Assembly (NCBI GenBank): GCA_963555985.3 | Contig: CAUVXV020000009.1 | Span: forward strand, 1-55,190 | From: Dehalococcoidia bacterium | Lineage (GTDB): Bacteria > Chloroflexota > Dehalococcoidia > Bin125 | DNA: 55,190 bases | Direction: 5' to 3' | Made by a program: the position numbers and the translations under genes | The notes under the pieces: generated by a model | Told to the model about the DNA's origin: nothing | Database searches by the model: none | The model's input: the letters and a program-made list of their open reading frames with translations, nothing else | Shown here: positions 1 to 8,596 of the stretch, piece after piece | How positions within the stretch are numbered: the stretch's first letter is position 1 | Layout: every line of letters starts with the position of its first letter

Positions 1-269
1 TCGAAATCCGATCACCCTCCCAGTCGCCCGAAAATCAGCAAGAGCGCATGGAACTCTGGATGAGCTACGGCGTCCGCCTGGGCTGGCTGATCGATCCATT
101 CGAAGAAGCCGTCTGGATCTATCGCCCCGACCGCGAACCGGAGCGCCTCGACCGTCCCGCAACACTCAGCGGCGAAGACGTAATGGTCGGCTTGGAGGTG
201 GAGATGTCGGAAATCTGGGCATTGGTAGACGAAAGCAAGGCGCGCGGCGCTGACCAGGAGCGGCAATGA
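1..269 (+). CDS. Uma2 (DUF820) family endonuclease #1, 5'-truncated by window edge
   Basis: Frame open from base 3 reads EIRSPSQS...MELWMSYGVRLGWLIDPFEE...LSGEDVMVGLEVEMSEIW, the Uma2 C-terminal half. Confidence 0.9.
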   Translation, partial: EIRSPSQSPENQQERMELWMSYGVRLGWLIDPFEEAVWIYRPDREPERLDRPATLSGEDVMVGLEVEMSEIWALVDESKARGADQERQ

Positions 270-961
270 GCACCGCCCAGGCAAGTCCCATTGAAGAAAC
301 CGTTGCCGATCCACTGCTCGTCGCGCCCGAACTGCGCGACGTCTGCCTGCGCATCCAGTTGCCCGCCCCTCCCACCGACGAGGAACTGGAGCGGCTCAAT
401 CAGCTCAACGAAGGCTGGAAGATCGAACTCGGAGCGGATTGTGAACTGGAGGTGCGGATGATTGCTGGAGGCGATAGCTCAGACATCAGCGGCGAGTTGG
501 TGCGTCAAGTTGGCAACTGGCGCGCCGAGCGCGGAGGCGGGCGCGTCCGCGACCCGGACGGCACCTACAAGGTCTATCATCCCGACTTGGGCAGCAAGAC
601 GCGCGCGCCGGATGTCTCCTGGATCAGCCCGGCGCTGCTGGAATCGACGCCCAGCGCCGCTCGACCCAAGCGAGGCTTCTGGAGCCTCTGCCCCACCTTC
701 GTGATCGAGGTGCGGTCGCCGTCCGATTCGCTCTCGGCGCAGCAGCAACGAGTGCAAGAGTGGCTGCTCTTCGGCGCTCAACTCGGCTGGCTCGTCGACC
801 CGCTTGAGCAAACGGTCTGGATTTACCGACCGAATCAAGAACCTGAACAGATGGAACGCCCCACCACCCTCTCAGGCGAATCCGTGCTCGAAGGCCTGAC
901 CGTAGATCTGACCGAAGTCTGGGCCTTCGCCGGCGACGACGCAGGCTCGACGACAGGGTAA
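266..961 (+). CDS. Uma2 family endonuclease #2
   Basis: RAPDVSWI, CPTFVIEVRSPSD and GAQLGWLVDP motifs; start overlaps the stop of #1 (ATGA). Confidence 0.92.
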   Translation: MSTAQASPIEETVADPLLVAPELRDVCLRIQLPAPPTDEELERLNQLNEGWKIELGADCELEVRMIAGGDSSDISGELVRQVGNWRAERGGGRVRDPDGTYKVYHPDLGSKTRAPDVSWISPALLESTPSAARPKRGFWSLCPTFVIEVRSPSDSLSAQQQRVQEWLLFGAQLGWLVDPLEQTVWIYRPNQEPEQMERPTTLSGESVLEGLTVDLTEVWAFAGDDAGSTTG

Positions 962-975
962 AGGAGCGATCCGCG

Positions 976-2880
976 ATGTCTTCACGAATCATCCAGCCAC
1001 CGCTGGCAGAACTCGGCCGCTTGCCTACTCCACTCAGCGACGGTGAGTCGCTCGCGGTCAACTTTTTCCATGACCACCTACCAGACGGCTGGGAGATATA
1101 CGTCCAGCCCTTTCTCAATGGCAGCAGACCTGACCTCGTGTTGTTCAACCCCGAATGTGGCGTTGCAGTGTTCGAAGTGAAGCACTGGGATTTCGACTCC
1201 AAGGAGTACTACATCGACCGTATGGGCGGCAAACCGCAGCTCGCTGCCAGGGAGCATGGTGGTCGGCGTATACAGGTAGACGAGCGGATGAGAAATCCAT
1301 GCGCACAGGTTGAGAGCTACCGACAACAGATTCTAAAGCTGTATTGTCCGAGACTCCGAAAGAACTTCCGAGACGCAGCGAGCCAGCCTGTGACGGCCGG
1401 GTTGATCATAACCAGCGCGACGACTCAGCGCGTGCGTAGCTTGTTCGATCCGTTGCGAGATGGTGCGACGTTGTGCCAGCAGGAGCTCTTTCCGATCGCC
1501 GGGTTCAACGATCTTCGCCCTGAGCGCATAGCGGAGGTCTTCCCGTTGTATCAGGAGCCCGCGAGCCAACCCATGGGCGCTGACCTAGCCGAGGATTTGC
1601 GGGGTTGGTTGCGGGAACCGGCCTTTAGCCAGGAACAGCGCAATCCACCCGAGCTAGACGCGATTCAACGCAGGGTCGCGACCACGCGGACCAACACTGG
1701 CTTCCGCCGCGTCAAGGGGCCGGCAGGTTCCGGTAAGTCCGTCGCGCTTGCCGCGCGCGCTGCCGAACTGGCGGACACAGGCAAGCGAGTACTGGTTTGC
1801 TCGTACAACATCACGCTCCGGAACTACTTGCGCGACCTCACCCGGCAGTATGCCAGAACTTCGGGTAAGCAACGTCCGGAGATCGAGTTTGTCAACTTTC
1901 ACTCATGGTGCCAGCGGATTTGTGCTGACGCCGGTAGGAACGAAGAGCTGAAGAGACTTCGCAGTCAGCATTCACGCGACGAGCTCTTTGACGAGATCAT
2001 GCCAAACGTGGTGGAATCTCTGTTGAGTGCTCCGGCGCGACCTAATGAGTTACCCCGATACGATGCCATTTTGGTCGACGAAGGCCAGGACTTTCGGCTC
2101 AACTGGTGGAGCGCCTTGCGCGCTGCTCTGATTGAGGGCGGTGAAATGCTCTTGGTTGCGGACAAAACGCAGAACGTCTTCGGGACCGCTAAGGCTTGGA
2201 CCGAGGGAGCAATGCCAGGCTCAGGGTTCCCTGGAGGTGAATGGATGACGCTTGAGCGCAGTTACCGCCTGCCGCCCAAGATGATTCACCACCTAAGCGC
2301 CTACGCCGATGAGTTCTTGGTCGGCGAAGACGTGGACATTCCCGTGATCGAGCAAGCCGAACCCGATATGTATCCCGTATCACTTAACTGGATACAGACT
2401 GATCCGCGTCAGGCGGTCGACGCCAGCGTCGAAGCCGTTCTCGATCAATTGCGGGGTCTTCAGTCTCAAGCCGCCGCCGCCGACGTGATCTTCCTCGGCG
2501 GCAGGCAAGTTGGCGTAGAGGTTGTAAAGGCGCTTGAGCGCCTCAATATCCGCGTGCGGCACACATTCGATGACAGTGGGGAACAGGGTCGAGAGCGTAA
2601 GATGAAGCGACAGTTCTTCCAAGGAGCGGAACGCGTCAAGGCAACCACACTGCATAGCTTCAAAGGCTGGGAAGCCGTGCAACTCGTGGTCCATGTGCGC
2701 ACTGTCAGGTCAAAGGAAGACCGTGCAGCGCTGTATGCGGCGCTGACGAGACTGAAGCGCCGACCGGAGGGCAGCGCCCTGACCGTTGTCTGTTCTACGG
2801 CCGATCTGGCCGACTACGGTCGCACGTGGCCCAGCTTCAAGGAAACTGCGGTCAAGATGCCTATAGCTTGGCCAGATTAA
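976..2880 (+). CDS. NERD nuclease / superfamily-1 (UvrD-like) helicase fusion
   Basis: N-terminal RPDLVLFNP...VFEVK (PD-(D/E)xK-like NERD); Walker A GPAGSGKS; Walker B LVDEGQD; SYRLP, HSFKGWE and YAALTR SF1 motifs. Confidence 0.88.
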   Translation: MSSRIIQPPLAELGRLPTPLSDGESLAVNFFHDHLPDGWEIYVQPFLNGSRPDLVLFNPECGVAVFEVKHWDFDSKEYYIDRMGGKPQLAAREHGGRRIQVDERMRNPCAQVESYRQQILKLYCPRLRKNFRDAASQPVTAGLIITSATTQRVRSLFDPLRDGATLCQQELFPIAGFNDLRPERIAEVFPLYQEPASQPMGADLAEDLRGWLREPAFSQEQRNPPELDAIQRRVATTRTNTGFRRVKGPAGSGKSVALAARAAELADTGKRVLVCSYNITLRNYLRDLTRQYARTSGKQRPEIEFVNFHSWCQRICADAGRNEELKRLRSQHSRDELFDEIMPNVVESLLSAPARPNELPRYDAILVDEGQDFRLNWWSALRAALIEGGEMLLVADKTQNVFGTAKAWTEGAMPGSGFPGGEWMTLERSYRLPPKMIHHLSAYADEFLVGEDVDIPVIEQAEPDMYPVSLNWIQTDPRQAVDASVEAVLDQLRGLQSQAAAADVIFLGGRQVGVEVVKALERLNIRVRHTFDDSGEQGRERKMKRQFFQGAERVKATTLHSFKGWEAVQLVVHVRTVRSKEDRAALYAALTRLKRRPEGSALTVVCSTADLADYGRTWPSFKETAVKMPIAWPD

Positions 2881-2954
2881 TGATGCTGCCGGCGCTCCGT
2901 CGGATGCACCGTCTGCTCCACCGCCCGCTGACCGTTCGGATACACCCAGTCGTG
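2881..2954. repeat. 74-bp direct repeat, copy A (stranded copy of the nuoI 3' end)
   Basis: Identical by eye to 3698-3771; similarity extends with changes to about 2877-2966. Confidence 0.95.
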
Positions 2955-2990
2955 CCGAGATACTCGATGACCGCCGAGAGCGCCCGCCGA

Positions 2991-2996
2991 TAGACT
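2991..2996 (+). promoter_or_regulatory. Putative -10 box TAGACT for Uma2 #3
   Basis: TAnnnT hexamer followed by a GGGAGG RBS and the ATG at 3023. Confidence 0.5.
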
Positions 2997-3022
2997 GTCC
3001 CCAACGGGAGGACGGCACGCCA

Positions 3023-3697
3023 ATGCCTCAGACCGCAACGATGCCCGCGCCGACGGCGCATGAGCTGCCTGCGGTACCCGCGCTGATTCGGATTCCGCCT
3101 CCGATCAACGGTGCATTCGACGATGACCTCCAGCAGCGCCTCGACGCCGACCATCCAGGCTGGCGCTTCGAGGTCGGCTGCGATGGGGAGTTGGTGATCA
3201 ACATGGGCTCGGGCGGCGTCACCTCGGACATCGAGTTGGAACTCGCACGCTATCTCGGAGTCTGGCGGGCAACTGGCGGCGGCGGGCGCGCGCGAACCTC
3301 CAGCGGCGGCTACTGGTTGGGCGGCCGTCCGCAAGAGCCGCCCCGCATGGAACCCGACCTCTCCTGGATCAGCCCCGAGCGCTACGACAGACTGCCTGCC
3401 GAGCATCGAGGAGGCAGCGGCTATTGGACCGTTTGCCCCGATTTCGTAGTCGAGATCAAATCGCCCTCCGATGATGTCGCCAAGCAGCAGGACCGGATGG
3501 CGCTCTGGATACACTTCGGCGCGCGCCTCGGCTGGCTGATTGATCCGGACGCGCTGACTGTCTGGGTGTACTGCCCGGCGCTTGACCCGGAACTGCTGGA
3601 ACGCCCTGCAACCCTATCCGGTGAGGACGTATTAGACGGGTTGACCGTGGACATGACCTACGTCTGGCAGTTGGCTGAGGAAGCGCGGCGGCCCTAG
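3023..3697 (+). CDS. Uma2 family endonuclease #3
   Basis: MEPDLSWI, CPDFVVEIKSPSD and GARLGWLIDP motifs; stop overlaps the nuoI stop in CTAG. Confidence 0.92.
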   Translation: MPQTATMPAPTAHELPAVPALIRIPPPINGAFDDDLQQRLDADHPGWRFEVGCDGELVINMGSGGVTSDIELELARYLGVWRATGGGGRARTSSGGYWLGGRPQEPPRMEPDLSWISPERYDRLPAEHRGGSGYWTVCPDFVVEIKSPSDDVAKQQDRMALWIHFGARLGWLIDPDALTVWVYCPALDPELLERPATLSGEDVLDGLTVDMTYVWQLAEEARRP

Positions 3698-4179
3698 TGA
3701 TGCTGCCGGCGCTCCGTCGGATGCACCGTCTGCTCCACCGCCCGCTGACCGTTCGGATACACCCAGTCGTGACCTTCGAGGTACTCGTTCGCCAACTCGA
3801 TCAGGTCGTCCTTGTCCTTGTACAGCCGATTCGGGTTCGTCACCACGTTCGTGTACGAGCCGCCCACCTGGATCGCCTCGTAGGGACACGCCTCCGCGCA
3901 CAGACCGCAGTACATGCACAGCCGAAAATCGATCTCGTAGCGGTTGACGAGGAAGCTCCCGTCCTCGCGCGGCTCCGTCTCCACCAGAATGCAGCCGTCG
4001 GGACAGCTCTGCGCGCAGGTTGAGCAGCCCGTGCAGCGCTCCACGAACCAGACCAGATTCGTCCGCGCGCGCGGAGGGATGTCCCGCTCCTGCTCCGGAA
4101 ATTCGACCGTCACCGGCTCCTTGCGGACATGCTTGACCACCGTCAGCAGACCCTTGGCGATACCCTTGCCGAACACCAT
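3694..4179 (-). CDS. nuoI: NADH-quinone oxidoreductase subunit I
   Basis: VTVEFPE start; two CxxCxxCxxxCP ferredoxin motifs; YEIDFRLCMYCGLCAEACP. Confidence 0.93.
   Translation of the reverse strand: MVFGKGIAKGLLTVVKHVRKEPVTVEFPEQERDIPPRARTNLVWFVERCTGCSTCAQSCPDGCILVETEPREDGSFLVNRYEIDFRLCMYCGLCAEACPYEAIQVGGSYTNVVTNPNRLYKDKDDLIELANEYLEGHDWVYPNGQRAVEQTVHPTERRQHH
3698..3771. repeat. 74-bp direct repeat, copy B (within the nuoI 3' end)
   Basis: Identical to 2881-2954. Confidence 0.95.
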
Positions 4180-4217
4180 CTCGCGCCCCTCTCCGCTCTC
4201 CTCGGCTCCGCAACAGA

Positions 4218-4925
4218 CTAGCGGCTGCTGAAGAAGTTCTCGTCGTAGGGCAGCGCCCCCGTGCGCCGGTCGCGCGGCTGACCGTCCGCCGTCAGATACG
4301 GCGGGAACAACGACTCCAGCTCCGCCCGAATCGGATCGCCCTCAGGCAGCATCCGCGAGAAGTCGCCCGTCGGCTCCGGCCGCCGCCGCCGACCGCCGTG
4401 CTCGTGCTCCTCGTCGATCACCTGCTGCAACAGCATCAGCCCCGCCAGCAGCGACTCCGGCCGCGGTGGACAGCCCGGCACGTACACGTCCACCGGCACG
4501 ACGTTGTTCACCCCGGGCAGCGTCGAGTACCCATGCGCGAACGGCCCCCCGATGTTCGAGCACGACCCCATCGAGATCACCCACTTCGGCTCCGCCATCT
4601 GCAAGTAGATCCGCCGCACCGGCGGAGCCATCTTCCAGGTCACCGTCCCCGCCACGATCATCAGATCCGCCTGCCGCGGCGACGCCCGGAACACCTCCGC
4701 CCCGAAGCGCGCCAGGTCATAACGCGCGTTCGCCGTCGCAATCATCTCAATCGCGCAGCACGCCAGCCCGAACATCGCCGGCCACAGCGAAGACCGCCGC
4801 GCCCAGCCAAACACCTTGTCCACCGTCGAGACCAGCAACTGCGAACGCAGCTCGTCCTCGACATCCGTCACCGGGTCAAGCAGCGGAATCGGTGCTCCCC
4901 CGGTATCAATCGTGCGCTGGACCAT
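4218..4925 (-). CDS. nuoB: NADH-quinone oxidoreductase subunit B
   Basis: [29 protein letters not shown] and [10 protein letters not shown] motifs; start placed at MVQRT (4925). Confidence 0.95.
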   Translation of the reverse strand: MVQRTIDTGGAPIPLLDPVTDVEDELRSQLLVSTVDKVFGWARRSSLWPAMFGLACCAIEMIATANARYDLARFGAEVFRASPRQADLMIVAGTVTWKMAPPVRRIYLQMAEPKWVISMGSCSNIGGPFAHGYSTLPGVNNVVPVDVYVPGCPPRPESLLAGLMLLQQVIDEEHEHGGRRRRPEPTGDFSRMLPEGDPIRAELESLFPPYLTADGQPRDRRTGALPYDENFFSSR

Positions 4926-4980
4926 GAGCCCTCCGAACCGTCCGCCCAAGCGGCCTCCAAAGGATACACGACGCCCAATC

Positions 4981-5036
4981 CCCGCTCCCCCCGCACTGCG
5001 GGGGGAGATGTCCCGTTGGGACAGAGGGGGGTGCCC
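4981..5036. repeat. REP-like palindrome (CTCCCCCCGCA-C-TGCGGGGGGAG ... GACAGAGGGGG)
   Basis: Hairpin with related copies at ~8800-8849, 11857-12020 and 36730-36767. Confidence 0.8.
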
Positions 5037-5044
5037 GCCAACCT

Positions 5045-5077
5045 CTTGCCAAGCCGCCCAGCCCATGCGAACGTATG
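5045..5077 (+). promoter_or_regulatory. Conserved element upstream of methyltransferase 1
   Basis: CTTGCCAAGCCGCCCAGCCCATGCGAACGTATG aligns to 12022-12055 with 5 mismatches and 1 indel; contains a TTGCCA -35-like hexamer. Confidence 0.6.
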
Positions 5078-5091
5078 CCCAAGGACACCCC

Positions 5092-6222
5092 ATGCCCAGA
5101 CTCAACGTCGACAACCGCACCATCTTCACCCGCGACAACCTCGACATACTCCGAGGCATCAACAGCGAGTGCATCGATCTGATCTACCTCGATCCCCCCT
5201 TCAACACCGGCAAGCACTGGCAAGCTCCGCTCGATTCCGGCGCCGTCGGCGCCGTCTTCGACGACATCTGGACGCTGGACGACATGAAAGAGGAGTGGGT
5301 CGCCCAGATCGAAGCCTCCGATCCCGCGATCTGGGCTGTCGTCACCGCCGCCGGACGAGCCTACGGCGAGTCGATGCAGGCCTATCTCACCTTCATCTGC
5401 GTCCGCCTCCTCGAACTGCACCGCGTGCTCAAGCCCACCGGCTCCCTCTACCTCCACTGCGACCCCACCGCCAGCCACTACCTCAAAGCCCTGCTCGATG
5501 CGATCTTCGGCAAGCAAGCCTTCCGCAACGAGGTCATCTGGGGCTACCGCGGTATGCCCTCCAAAGCCAGGAAATGGCAAGCCAAGCACGACGTCCTCCT
5601 CTTCTACGCGCGCGGCGACGACAACACCTTCAACGTCCAGCGCGGCGACTTCACCGAAGGCACCAAGCGCACCTACGAGAGCGCCAGGCGGCGCGGCTAC
5701 AACGCCAACCACAGCCGCAACATGGTCACCATCTTCGACGAACGGAAATACCGCCAGGCCGTCGCCGACGGCAAGATTCCCGCCGGAATGCGCGAGTCCC
5801 GCTACTCCGCCCAAGGCCCGCCCCTGCGCGACTGGTGGGACGACATCCGCATCCTCGGAGGCCCCGGCAACAAGGAGCGGGTCGGCTACCCCACCCAAAA
5901 GCCGCTCGCCCTGCTCGAGCGCATCATCGCCGCATCCTCCAACGAGGGCGACGTCGTCCTCGATCCCTTCTGCGGCTGCGCCACTACCTGCATCGCCGCC
6001 GAGAAACTCAATCGCCAGTGGATCGGTATCGACACCTCAGCCGCCACCTGGCCACTCCTCAACCAACGCATGACCGAAACCCCCGGCCTCAGCCGTTTCC
6101 ACGCCCACCACCGCACCGACCTACCCACCCGCACCGACCAGCTCACGCATTTCCCGATCTCTCACACCCCTCCCCAACTCGCTATCAATCAACCCAGAAC
6201 AGAGGAGCAATCAACCTCATGA
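5092..6222 (+). CDS. Site-specific DNA methyltransferase (N6/N4, beta order), lacking the HNH tail
   Basis: [16 protein letters not shown] and [10 protein letters not shown] motifs; ends shortly after the RTDLPTRTD linker. Confidence 0.9.
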   Translation: MPRLNVDNRTIFTRDNLDILRGINSECIDLIYLDPPFNTGKHWQAPLDSGAVGAVFDDIWTLDDMKEEWVAQIEASDPAIWAVVTAAGRAYGESMQAYLTFICVRLLELHRVLKPTGSLYLHCDPTASHYLKALLDAIFGKQAFRNEVIWGYRGMPSKARKWQAKHDVLLFYARGDDNTFNVQRGDFTEGTKRTYESARRRGYNANHSRNMVTIFDERKYRQAVADGKIPAGMRESRYSAQGPPLRDWWDDIRILGGPGNKERVGYPTQKPLALLERIIAASSNEGDVVLDPFCGCATTCIAAEKLNRQWIGIDTSAATWPLLNQRMTETPGLSRFHAHHRTDLPTRTDQLTHFPISHTPPQLAINQPRTEEQSTS

Positions 6223-6235
6223 AGCCCTGCCCGCG

Positions 6236-6295
6236 TGTTCCCGGGTTCGCCCAAAGAAAAAACTTCCCTGAACAAACCCGAACACCACCGCAATC
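6236..6295. repeat. Dispersed element fragment including 28-bp repeat copy A (6268-6295)
   Basis: TTCCCGGG..CGCCCAAAGAAAAAAC resembles 15182-15210; CTGAACAAACCCGAACACCACCGCAATC matches 7030-7057 at 27/28. Confidence 0.8.
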
Positions 6296-6932
6296 AGCGC
6301 CACACCCGACTCAAATCCACATCCAACCCCGGCAACACTTCCGCATCCCCGATCCGCATCGGACGCGCCAATTCCTCCGGTTCCTGCCCCGCTCGATACA
6401 CCCATAAACGCTCCTCAAACGGATCGATCAGCCACCCCAGACGCGCGCCGTTGGCGATCCACAACTCCATCTTCTCCCGTTGCTCCGACGGGTCGTCGCT
6501 ACGCGACTGGATCTCAATCACCAGATCGGGCGTGACTCGCCAGACGCCCTCATCGTCTTCGTCCACTTCGGACAATCGCTCCGGGCTCAGCCAGGCGATA
6601 TCGGGCGCGCGCCGATTGCCGTCGGGCAGGCGAAAGAGCGAACTGGCATCGAAGATGTCGCCGCCCGCTCCGGCGCCCGCCCAATTCTGAAGTTGGGTGC
6701 CGATCAGCATCCCTCGCCGCCCGCTCAAGGTGCCTGCCGGAGCCATAATCAGGAGCGCTCCTTCCGCGTCGGACTCGAAACGCCAGGTTTCGTTCCGCGC
6801 CCCGATCTCCAGCAGCAGGTCATCGCTTAGCGCCATCCCCTCAGGCATCACGAGCCGCAGGCAGCCGATGAACGTCGCCTCGTTCGTCGGGATCGTCGGC
6901 GTGGGAGCGGGCTGTACGGCGACTTCAGGCAT
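6294..6932 (-). CDS. Uma2 family endonuclease #4
   Basis: RRAPDIAWL, TPDLVIEIQS and GARLGWLIDP motifs. Confidence 0.92.
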   Translation of the reverse strand: MPEVAVQPAPTPTIPTNEATFIGCLRLVMPEGMALSDDLLLEIGARNETWRFESDAEGALLIMAPAGTLSGRRGMLIGTQLQNWAGAGAGGDIFDASSLFRLPDGNRRAPDIAWLSPERLSEVDEDDEGVWRVTPDLVIEIQSRSDDPSEQREKMELWIANGARLGWLIDPFEERLWVYRAGQEPEELARPMRIGDAEVLPGLDVDLSRVWR

Positions 6933-7029
6933 CGTTCGGCTCGCGGAGGTGATCGTGGCTGCTGTCGGCTGGCGCTCAGTTTAGCGAAGGGGCGCAAAAC
7001 CGCCCCACCTCCGGATAAGCCAAAGGTTG

Positions 7030-7057
7030 CTGAACCAACCCGAACACCACCGCAATC
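7030..7057. repeat. 28-bp direct repeat copy B
   Basis: CTGAACCAACCCGAACACCACCGCAATC; abuts the stop of Uma2 #5. Confidence 0.85.
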
Positions 7058-7695
7058 TACTCCGGACGCCAGATCCGCCGCAGATCCACCACCATCCCCG
7101 GCAACACCTCGTCGTCCGACATCTCCTGCGGGCGCTCCAACATCACCGCCTCGGCCCCCGGCCGATACACCCACACCCGCCGATCGAACGGATCCACCAG
7201 CCAGCCCAGCCGCACGCCATTGCGCAACCACAGCTCCATCTTCTGCTGCAAATCCTCGATATCGTCGGTCAGCGAGCGAACCTCCACAATGAAGTCCGGC
7301 GTCACGCTCCATACGTTGCCGTCGAAGATGTCGATTCCCTGGAGCCGCTCGCCGCTGACCCAGGCTGCATCGGGCACTCGTCGGCTCCCGTCCGGCAAGC
7401 CGAAGAGCGCGTCTGAGCCAAAGGCCAAGTCGCCCGCTTCCACGCTCATCCAATGGTGCAGCGCAACAGCGAACTCAAGACTGATCCAAGAGCTGGTCTG
7501 ACCACTCGGCAAGCCCACGATCAACGCCCCCGTCTCGTCCACCTCGAACGGCACGGCATCGTTCAGGCTGCAAAGCTCAAGTAGTTTCTCGTTGGTCAAC
7601 ACCCAATCGGGCGGCAGTCTGAGTTTCAGCGGCGCGCTGCCAAGAGCCGCGAGCAGCGCGGTGACATCTTCAGCCTCGGGTCGTGCGACAACCAT
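7057..7695 (-). CDS. Uma2 family endonuclease #5
   Basis: RRVPDAAWV, TPDFIVEVRS and GVRLGWLVDP motifs; TATGAT lies 6 nt before the ATG. Confidence 0.92.
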   Translation of the reverse strand: MVVARPEAEDVTALLAALGSAPLKLRLPPDWVLTNEKLLELCSLNDAVPFEVDETGALIVGLPSGQTSSWISLEFAVALHHWMSVEAGDLAFGSDALFGLPDGSRRVPDAAWVSGERLQGIDIFDGNVWSVTPDFIVEVRSLTDDIEDLQQKMELWLRNGVRLGWLVDPFDRRVWVYRPGAEAVMLERPQEMSDDEVLPGMVVDLRRIWRPE

Positions 7696-7785
7696 GTCGG
7701 CATCATATCCCGGCGAACTGCGGCAGAAGCTTGAACTGTCCCAAGCCCGCTACTCTAATCTCACCCGAACAGGAGACCCCCACCC

Positions 7786-8109
7786 ATGCCCGATATCACC
7801 TTCGCCTGCACCATGCAGGAGGGACAAATCCCCCAAGACACCCGTGACCAACTCGCCTGGGCCCTCGCCGGCGTCGCCAAAGAAGTCGCCGACCTCGACC
7901 TCGCCGGCGAAGTCCGCTTCACCGACATCCCCCAGGGCTTCGGCTTCCGCGGAGGCGAACTCTCCACCACCTCCCTCGTCCGCGGCGCCGTCCCCGGCGG
8001 CATCGATCAGGATACCCGCGTCGCTCTCATGACCCGCATCTGCGAGGTCTGGAGCGAAATCTCCGGCGCCACCATCGACGAACTGGTCGTCAGCGTCGCC
8101 GACGCCTAG
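7786..8109 (+). CDS. Tautomerase superfamily protein (short, divergent)
   Basis: Met-Pro start, AGGAG RBS and a beta-alpha-beta repeat pattern similar to the adjacent gene. Confidence 0.65.
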   Translation: MPDITFACTMQEGQIPQDTRDQLAWALAGVAKEVADLDLAGEVRFTDIPQGFGFRGGELSTTSLVRGAVPGGIDQDTRVALMTRICEVWSEISGATIDELVVSVADA

Positions 8110-8154
8110 ACTGTCCCCAACCGCCGCCGCCCGGCGCAAGAATCTGGAGCCCAC

Positions 8155-8568
8155 ATGCCCTTCTACCGCTGCGTCGTCCCCAAAGACTCGGTTCCCTACG
8201 AAACCCGCAAGGCCGTCGCCCTTGCCTTCACCGACGTTCACTGCGGCGCCACCAACGCTCCCCGCTCCTTCGTCCACGTCGTCTTCAACGAGTACGACGA
8301 GTCCCCCTGGGACGCCCCCTACTTCATCGACGGCGGCAACCGCGCCGGTCGCCCCCAGTCCAAGAAGGACGAGCTCCTCGAAGGCCTCCAGGCCGCCTTC
8401 GCCCACCACACCGGCATCCCCCGCGACCAGATCAGCGGCCGCATCACCGAAGGCCCTGCCAGTTGGTCGATGGAAGGCGGCATGGTCCTGCCCGAACCCG
8501 GCGAAGAAACCGCCGAGTGGTACGAGCACGACCAACGCATCGCCGACGCAGCCGCCGCCGGCGGCTAA
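8155..8568 (+). CDS. cis-CaaD-like tautomerase family protein
   Basis: Pro1, TDVH, FVHVVF, RAGR and MEGG match the cis-3-chloroacrylate dehalogenase-like pattern. Confidence 0.8.
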   Translation: MPFYRCVVPKDSVPYETRKAVALAFTDVHCGATNAPRSFVHVVFNEYDESPWDAPYFIDGGNRAGRPQSKKDELLEGLQAAFAHHTGIPRDQISGRITEGPASWSMEGGMVLPEPGEETAEWYEHDQRIADAAAAGG

Positions 8569-8596
8569 GCTCCCCCAACCGCCGCTTAGGCCGATC

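Noticed and set aside
4398-6407. Long alternative-frame ORFs (669 aa here; also 10337-12502, 35788-36798, 52863-54233)
   Set aside because: Low-complexity or motif-less shadows of real genes in high-GC, skewed DNA.
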